A DNA stretch of 60,379 nt, filler included, from Basidiobolus ranarum (lineage: Eukaryota), in the NCBI GenBank assembly GCA_040143965.1. It is 6 parts of 6 records of this genome, joined end to end, with 100 filler letters (N's around TTAATTAATTAA, not from the genome) between each part and the next. Parts side by side here need not be neighbours in the genome. Positions count along the whole stretch, not along the records: positions 50,418 to 60,379 come from JASJQH010000760.1; 5 more parts are not named here. One strand, written 5' to 3'. Below, piece after piece: positions 52,524 to 60,379 of the stretch. The notes below the pieces were generated by a model, which worked only from the letters and a program-made list of their open reading frames with translations, ran no database searches and was not told where the DNA came from. A program made the translations under genes and the position numbers. Numbering within the stretch: position 1 is the stretch's first letter; every line of letters begins with the position of its first letter.

Positions 52524-53047
52524 TCAGAAAATAGTGATTCCAATTAAAATGGCTATCAGCTTGTAACTCAAGCCCAACCTTCCACTGGAAGATGATGGCG
52601 TTTGACTCGGCGTACTGGTGTTTATACTTGCTGATGTAGATGGAACCGAGGTGATGGTGCTTGAAGAGATGGTATTGATGGAACTGGAAGTAGGTGTGGT
52701 AGTGGTGGTAGTTGGGGTGGCCTCTGAAGTACTGTAGAAGGAATCAACGCAACCGCTAATACAGTCCTGCTGTTGTAAAGAATCGGAAAAATTGCACTTA
52801 TTTACACAATCTTTAGTCAAACCGGAGTTCCCATTAGATAAAGTAATGCCAAGACATTTGGTTTGACAATCAAGTTGACTACTAGAACACCCTCGAAGGC
52901 AATCAGCTAAATGAAAGTTCATGAATATATTAGCACTACAAAACCTATGGACGAGAGAGTTGGGCGTACAATACCTGTAGTGGAAGTTTGAGCCATTGCC
53001 TGTGCACCAATTATCACAAGTAGAACAGATAGATTTGAAAGATGCAT
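52524..53047 (-). CDS. Small Cys-rich, Ser/Thr-rich GPI-anchored surface protein (2 exons)
   Basis: Signal peptide exon, four CxxxC motifs, Ser/Thr stalk, and hydrophobic C-terminus after SSG. Confidence 0.8.
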
Positions 53048-54670
53048 AACGCTCTCGTAAAGACTAACGTAAAGTGATGGTTGATTTTTGTAATGTTAGC
53101 TCTGGTATCCTGAGAGATTTTGATTTCTCGCTTCCCTATATACTTAAATGTAAAGCTAAGCTGCGTGATTGGTTTATGGATGGGGATATTTTAGCTCTGC
53201 TTGTTGGCGATTTGTTTGTGAAATTTCTCGTAATTAAAGATTAGAAAATGAATTGGATGACGTTGGGATCGAAATTGCATGGTGCTTATTGTCATTGGCG
53301 TATTGTTTGGCTTCTAAAAAAAGTCATCTAAATTAATGCAAGAATGACTCACGATCACTTGATTCGCATATTATTTACTGAATAGAAGATTTTGGAATTC
53401 ATTATGTCATTGAGACGATTGTTCAAGCCAGGATAAAGGTTATGGTTATCAGTTAGTGGCATGCGACTTTCTCAGAACTGAAGTCAGCACTTGAGGGTCC
53501 ATTCTAAGTGGATTCTTTGTATCTACCGGCTCCTGCTAGTATTTTCTGTCTATTGCTTGAGCCTGGGAGGTCCTTCGCGGCCCCTCAACAAGAAATCTTC
53601 ACCTCATCAATAGATAGGCTGCGTGGTCTGATGAGGGTATTTATAGTATCATTAACTTGGGTTCAGAGCCAATCTTACTTTTAGTATTTCGACCACTGCA
53701 GATCCATATCAGGGAGTTGTTCGCAACTGGACAACAACCAAATACCCTTTTGCATTTCAAAGTGCAGTAGCTTTCGCATGTTTTTTTGCCCCTCTAGATT
53801 CAATCAAGTCCATCAATTAATTATTCTGTAAGCACAGGCAACTGAGTTGATCAGGCATCTGGTAGATCAATACCGCCATTCATTATTGATCAAAAAACAT
53901 GTGGTCTAGTTGGTAGCGTGAATGAATTCCGCATCAACAATCATTTGGGCCATAGCTTGCTGAGAAGGCTCGCCCCATTTGATGACCAATGTGGCGGTCA
54001 TTAGCAAATCAATCCTCATCTACCTTTGTTAATACAATGTCAACCAGATCGTTCTTTGGGTATATCTACATGCAACAGCGTTGCGAACGGTTGAGCGATA
54101 AGATCATTGAAGTCCAAGTGATGCTATTGTTAAACAATCTTAGTGAAATCAAACTAAACAAGCCACTGAGGTGATAATCCATTCTTCGAGATATAATCTT
54201 GACATCTCTAACAATATCCTGCAGTACATTGTTCGTAATGAAGCATAGAGTAATCAACGTTTAATCCAAAACTCCCACCGAAACGTTTGAAGAAGTCCTC
54301 TCATCATTTGCTCCCATTTTACTCACTACTGGATAAAACAATGCTGGAAATCATTTCTCCTCTTCACGCACTCTTGCCTTTGATTGGATTTGCTATTGGT
54401 TTTACGTCGAGTTCTATGACAAATGTAGGTGCCACTAGACTACACAGTCGATGGATTCATTGTATCTCTTGTAAGATTTGATTTTGGCATGTGGGTCTCT
54501 CTAACTCTGGGGGGCGTATGCAAAAAGCAAATCATATATATATTTCATCCCGCCAACTCTTCTCATCATCCCATTCCATTGCAAGCTTATTATAGAGCCT
54601 ACCTCATTCACACACAGGCACATAATCTTTCTAGATAATTCTCCTTTCGAACAGACATTCTACTACAACC

Positions 54671-55426
54671 ATGCTTGATCAAATTCTTACCAACTCAACT
54701 GAAGCCACATTAAGAAACTATTTTCAGAATAAGGCCACCAAATTAAATTCTAGTTCCGATGACCTTTCCAAAACCATCAAACACACCACTTTGCCTATCA
54801 TTAGATCCAGCACAGTTACCCTAGAGAGGCCCCGTTCAACACTCAGCACATGTGTTGAAGATACCCTGACCAAGCGAAATTCCATCGATATAGAGGCGAA
54901 GGCAAAGCTACACATCGTAGGCATTGTAGCCAACATAATCAATCACATGTTTGAATGTGGATCTAATGGAAAGCCTACAAATTCACCTTCTCTTGAGGAT
55001 TTCATTCATCGAATCTATCGAAGAGGCAGCTTATCAATCACCAATTTACTCACGGGCTTGCTATTCCTCATCCGATTGAAGGAATATCACCCTTCGTGTA
55101 AAGGCACCCATGGATCAGGGCATCGATTATTCCTTTCTGCCATCATTATCGCAAACAAATACCTATACGACGGTGCTTATCACAATAACTCCTGGGTCAA
55201 GGTGGCTGAGGGCAAGTACAGCCTACTTGAAATCAATCAGATGGAGTGTGAGCTGTTGAGCCTGTTGAAGTATCGACTGGTGGTTAGTAAGAGAGAATGG
55301 ATCGAATTCTCCAAGATCATCGACAGCAAGTTGGAGAGAAGCGGGTCAAGACATCACTTCGTCGGACCAAAGGATTATCTCTTCGAAAAGCTAATAAGCA
55401 ACATGGATTGGCCATTATCTAAATAG
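54671..55426 (+). CDS. PHO80-like cyclin (Pcl1/2-type)
   Basis: PSLEDFI, GLLFLIRLK, GSGHRLFLSAIIIANKYLYD, EINQMECELLSLLKYRL. Confidence 0.9.
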   Translation: MLDQILTNSTEATLRNYFQNKATKLNSSSDDLSKTIKHTTLPIIRSSTVTLERPRSTLSTCVEDTLTKRNSIDIEAKAKLHIVGIVANIINHMFECGSNGKPTNSPSLEDFIHRIYRRGSLSITNLLTGLLFLIRLKEYHPSCKGTHGSGHRLFLSAIIIANKYLYDGAYHNNSWVKVAEGKYSLLEINQMECELLSLLKYRLVVSKREWIEFSKIIDSKLERSGSRHHFVGPKDYLFEKLISNMDWPLSK

Positions 55427-55841
55427 AATCTTCCTATTGTCAGTCATTCACTCCATTTACTACTTGTAATTAGAATATTCCATGTTCCTTGAATCAAATA
55501 GATATTTCCTAAATAAACCTGATGAAACCAGATGTCAATGAGTGGTTTCCAAGTTAGATCGCATCTTAATAGCTACCTAATCAATACATATTACATGGGC
55601 CCGATTTATCAGTGAAATCGGAGGAATTTATTGTAATGAATGGGATGATTTTTGCTCAATAAACAATGGATTTGTCGATGAATATACACGGATTGTGATG
55701 CGACGTGTAAATGATATGGAAAAATTGCTCAACAGAAATAATGGTACATGAGAAGTATGCCTATGTGAAAGTCATGATTACAGATGTGGAAATGATGTGG
55801 AAAAGATGTGCGGAATTGACAGATCAACATGTCATAAATAA

Positions 55842-56856
55842 TTATACCGATAGAAGAATGATCAATGCTGAGAGGATGGCTACATAGCTTTTAGGAGAGT
55901 GTGTAGCAGCGTTGGAGGTATCCACGCCCTCATTTATGACGGTATCATGAGGATTGGTTAACTCCTGCTGTGACAGACCCATGGTTGACGAGATAAAGGA
56001 AACATAATAGCCGACATGGGTGTAGACTCCAACTATGGTGTCGCTTCCACCACAAGTTGTTGACGCTCCTTGTGGGTAAGCACTATAGCTGGTAATGCCA
56101 TACAGTGAGAATCCGTTTTGTTCACTTCTGAATAAAGGACCGCCAGAATCTCCAGGGCAGGTGTCTTTACCAGTCTCAGCATCTGTACATATCTGAGGCC
56201 CATTGTTGTTCTTAAAACCAGGAACTACCTGGCGGCATTTGGTTAGAGAGGCAGTAATCAAGTCAACCTGCATAAGTCGAGCAGAGGGGGTGCCATCTTC
56301 GATCAAACCCCAGCCTGCAGCTGTAAACGTTTGTTTTTCGGATACCTTTGCAGTACTGATAGCTATAGGCTGGATACGCTCATCGAATATGAGCTCCTCA
56401 TCCAATTCCAATAAAGCTAAGTCATCCTATTATGCAACCATGTCAGTATAATGGTCAATAGCCTAGACGATCATTTATAGTCAATATGTTTACCTCTTGT
56501 TTATCAATAGAATACCCTGGAGCAATCACCACTTTTACGACCTTTTTTATCTTAGAGCTGGTGACGGTATTATCGTTGGTTCCAACTATGATTTGCAGTA
56601 GGTTGGGGGAGGTCAATGCAAGGGTTTCTTGATTTACTACACAGTGAGCAGCCGTGCCAATCCACTTCTTACTTAGAATGAAGCCGCCACAGGAGCTTAG
56701 ATTCTTCACCAACACCCGGGCCATAAAAGGGAACTCAGCTTCTTGAGCAACAGAACCACCGACAATAAATGAATGAGGGTTCAGTGCGAACCCTTGAGTG
56801 AATTCAAGGCTGAGTAGAGAAGAGAGTAGCGTAGTCAAGATTGAAATGGGTTTCAT
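55842..56856 (-). CDS. Trypsin-like S1 serine protease with hydrophobic C-terminal (GPI-like) tail; intron 56493-56427
   Basis: Signal peptide, IVGG, TAAHC, DDLALL, DTCPGDSGGP. Confidence 0.95.
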
Positions 56857-57972
56857 CGTTGGATGGGTCTGTAATTGCAGTGTGAGATTTAATGAATAAT
56901 ACGATCAGCGCAATTATGTTTGTTTTATAAGGACAGGAGTTCAATCGAGGTATGCGTAACTCAGTAGAAAACATCGCTTGGCATTTAAATATTTTCCAAT
57001 TTGAATTTAGAATGTGCGTATAGAACGCCAATCTCACGGAATCAGGTAAATTGACTACTCTAAGGAAAAGCAATGGAGATGGGTTTGTCTTCCAGTCAAT
57101 ATGCCTAATTATTGGCGTAAAATCCCCGACTCTATGTTCTAATTTGTCCCCTCTCACGCCGTATCCAGTGCAAGCTAGGTATTCAATTTGAATAGGTAGA
57201 TATTAGGTTTGAAATCCCTTTTTAATATCGATCATTCGAGCTGCCTCGAATTTAACTCCATATGATTAGAATTGTTCACATTGGATGTTGCTTAGCTAAA
57301 CGCCTCGCAACGAATTCCCTTCAATTGGTAAATGAAATGGGGCTGACTGAGTGTTGCGAATATCTCCAATTACGATCTTATTGAATGGGGTTATTAGTTG
57401 GACCGAAAAGGGTTTGGTAACACCGCATTTGGCCGGAAATTTCGGGCGATCAGATCGTTAAGGAGGGAAGTATCTTGGCGAGAGCAGCTCATACCTCAAT
57501 TGCTGACTGCTTCCAGGCATTTGCAGAATTTCTATTGGTTTCACTTACCAGTTAAATGAACGCCACCTGATTTCAAGCAATTTAACCAAGTGACATAATT
57601 AATGATTAGGCTCTTTTGCCGGGCCCCGTAATGGAGCCCCGTTTTGCATGCCGATCTGATCTATTGTACCCGGTTGATTGTAGATTTCGGTTGACAGGAA
57701 TTTGACTATTTGTTTCGTGGATCAGAGCTGGTGGAATTGTTCGGTGGCATTATATGTATCATCATGAGCTTGAAACGTAATTGAGTTCCTTCTCTTAGAT
57801 AATTAAGATAATTTGTATTGTCCACGAAGTCTATCCACTTTTCACTATGAAAGAAGAATACATATAAGTCTTCCAGAGAGGAGTTCTCAAATATAGAACC
57901 CATAGCCCCTATTCTCAACGAGAGTTGCTCTTTAATTCGGCTCCCTTCATAACTTTGTCAGCGGTTAAATTC

Positions 57973-59000
57973 ATGATACTAAGTACTCTTCTCAGTACCT
58001 TCTTGGTTTCATCCCATATTTACGCTTTGAAATCCCCTCCGAACAGTCGCATAGTAGGTGGCATACAGGCAACAGAGGAATTCAACTTCATGACCCAGAT
58101 ATTTGTAGATGATTTTGCAGTTTGTGGTGGAGCTATTTTGAATGACCAGTGGATAATTACAGCAGCCCATTGTACCATAAACGAAACTACTCTAACTACA
58201 ACCACAGTAGATCCAAAGGTAGTGAAGATCGCATTGGGTGGATTGGAAATGAAAAACCGACAAATAGTAGGAGTTGACAGAGTGGTTATTCATAAAGAAT
58301 ATAATCCGTTATCTCTCGCTGTAAGTAATATTTTCTCTATCTATTCAATGGATTGAAGTACACCACTAACGCAACCAATGAACCACCTTGGAACCTAACT
58401 CCTGAAAAGAATGATATCGCTTTGATTCACTTGGAATCCCCATTGCCACTATTTCACTTACAACAGAAAATCCCAATAAGCTTACAAAAGATTGAGCCAG
58501 GTCAGAATGTCACTGTGACGGGATGGGGCCAAACGGAAGTCAGTCAATACTCATCGCGACTTCTTCAAGTCACTCTCCGAGTAGCAAGCATACATCGTTG
58601 TCGACGAGAACGCCCTGATTTCAACAATCACAATGGACCTCAGATTTGTACAGGTTTGACGCCGGGTCGGGATACGTGTCCTGGAGACTCTGGAGGACCA
58701 TTGGTGCAGTTAACCCCGGAAGGTAGATACGTACTATTAGGTATCACCAGTTTCGGAACTTACAAAGTCGGGAAGCAGTTCGTTTGTGGCCAAGATAGTT
58801 TCGGTTTTTATACTCATGTAGGGTATTATCTTGATTTCATAAAGAGTACTCTGGGAGAAAATCAATTCTCCATGGTAAATAAGAGTGATATCAAAAAATT
58901 CGATAGTCAATCGATAAATCTGGGAGTTCCTCTTCAATCTAAATCAGCGCGAATGATGCTTTTCTGGACGATAGCATACCATATGTTCTGGATTTTTTGA
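57973..59000 (+). CDS. Trypsin-like S1 serine protease paralogue with hydrophobic tail; intron 58321-58409
   Basis: Signal peptide, R-IVGG, TAAHC, NDIALI, DTCPGDSGGP. Confidence 0.95.
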
Positions 59001-59666
59001 GTATTACATAATGAGCGGAGATTAACTAAGTGACAGTTGAGATGCTTGCGACCGCTCAAATGGGTAAACACCTCCGGTTTATCCTTGAATTCTTGTGCCT
59101 TGTGCACCGAATCTCTAGACTTCACGAAGTCCCTATTACAATGGCCAGAATAATACACGAAGTCTAGCACCTCCTAACGTCTAGATTACTGGTGGAGCTA
59201 ATTAGTGTTCACCTTGATAGAGGTGATAACTATAGAAAAGTAGAAAGTCCTAGGTCAATAAATTAAAGTCAATCGTTCTTGTCACAGAAAGAGTACAAAA
59301 GGAACCATTTAGAACTGGGACTGTTCTGGAGAACAATAGGGCTACGATTTGCTTTGAATCGTCAAAAGACGGTATACAAACGAAATAACTGAGCAATAGA
59401 AGCACAACATATCGCAGACCAAATGGTTTATGCATGGACCATAGCCCAATGTTGTTGCTCGTTGAGAGTAGAAATGATGTATATTTTGTACACAGTCTGT
59501 GTTGGTTAATTTATTTAGTTACCCACTAATTAAGGGGTTCCGCTATTAGGATCTTTTAATCAAGCCTACCAAAGTGAGACTCAAGGAAGATGTAAGTTAC
59601 TGAAATAAACATTAAAAAGTTGTATCAAGCCACCAGTGCAGTCCATAGAAGTCGAGTGTCTCGCTT

Positions 59667-60379
59667 TCAACTTCTATTTCTTGGTTGCCTAATCATAAGA
59701 TACACTGGGATCCCGCTTTCTACTTCAACAACCTCCATAGTTTTAAACCCATAATGCTCAAAGATCGGAACATTACTTAACTTTGAGCATTCTATATAGC
59801 ATTGCATTCCTTCCTGATCAGCTGAAGCGGTTATATTCTTCACAAGCTTTGAGGCATATCCATGACCTTGGAACTTGGGATCGACTCCCAATAATTGACA
59901 GTGCCACATAGGTCGATTGCCATGTAATCGTTCTCGGTGCTTTCGAAGCTTCGCTTGTATGCGCTCATACCTAGCCTTGCCATTTTCCTCCAAGTACTCA
60001 TAATAGAGAGTGGGATCAAACGACTGGAGACTCTTGCCGGGTGGAAACCTATTGCAATATTAGTACAGTAGCCACGAGGCATTCACAATATGTACCTCTT
60101 ACCATATAGAAACAGCCTTATGATTCCCAACCTGATATACCAGGCCATCTTTCATGGAGCATCTCGCCAATCCTTCAAAGTACTTTCTACGAAGCAACTT
60201 CCGTTGAGTTTTGGGGATGTTCAGGCCTAGCATCTGATTCATCAAAGGATCTAAAGAATCAATTAGGTGAAGGTTACTCTACTAGGACAATGACTTGTGC
60301 ACTTGATAGAAACCCATCTTCTACCTTGTTCAAAAGAGCTGGGCAAACAAGTCGCCGATTATTTGATAGGGGTGGCGAG
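59667..60379 (-). CDS. GNAT-family N-acetyltransferase, multi-exon, 5' part outside the window
   Basis: LLGVDPKFQGHGYASKLV acetyl-CoA motif, YIECS, NVPIFEHYGF. Confidence 0.85.

Noticed and set aside
24094-55426. Two PHO80-type cyclins in one window as a linked system
   Set aside because: They lie on different, arbitrarily joined contigs and belong to a normally multi-copy family.

Overview
Eukaryotic (fungal) genomic DNA. It is not one continuous locus but six ~10-kb contigs joined by identical artificial 100-bp spacers (N44-TTAATTAATTAA-N44) and ordered by decreasing length (10001, 9986, 9979, 9977, 9974, 9962 bp). Gene neighbourhood is therefore meaningful only within a contig. Short GT-AG introns and the gene set (ARF1, IPP1, TUP1, GID7/WDR26, PHO80-type cyclins, TMEM243, a GT13-like glycosyltransferase, anchored trypsins, M14 carboxypeptidase, chitin deacetylase) point to an early-diverging fungus, plausibly an arthropod-associated zoopagomycete (inference). 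The most interesting part is contig 1 (1-10001). It holds a compact candidate small-molecule tailoring cluster: a histamine-N-methyltransferase-like gene, an MpaB/DUF2236 oxygenase-like gene, and an O-methyltransferase-fold gene whose catalytic His is replaced by Ala. Two of these genes share a CCACGTA promoter motif, and the trio is bracketed by two direct copies of a small Helitron-like element. Other notable items are a solo LTR with a perfect 5-bp target-site duplication, a nest of related LTR fragments, CpG-depleted repeat zones, a GT13-like protein with a degenerate EDD motif, and a possible non-AUG start for WDR26/GID7. No rRNA, tRNA or CRISPR array was recognised.
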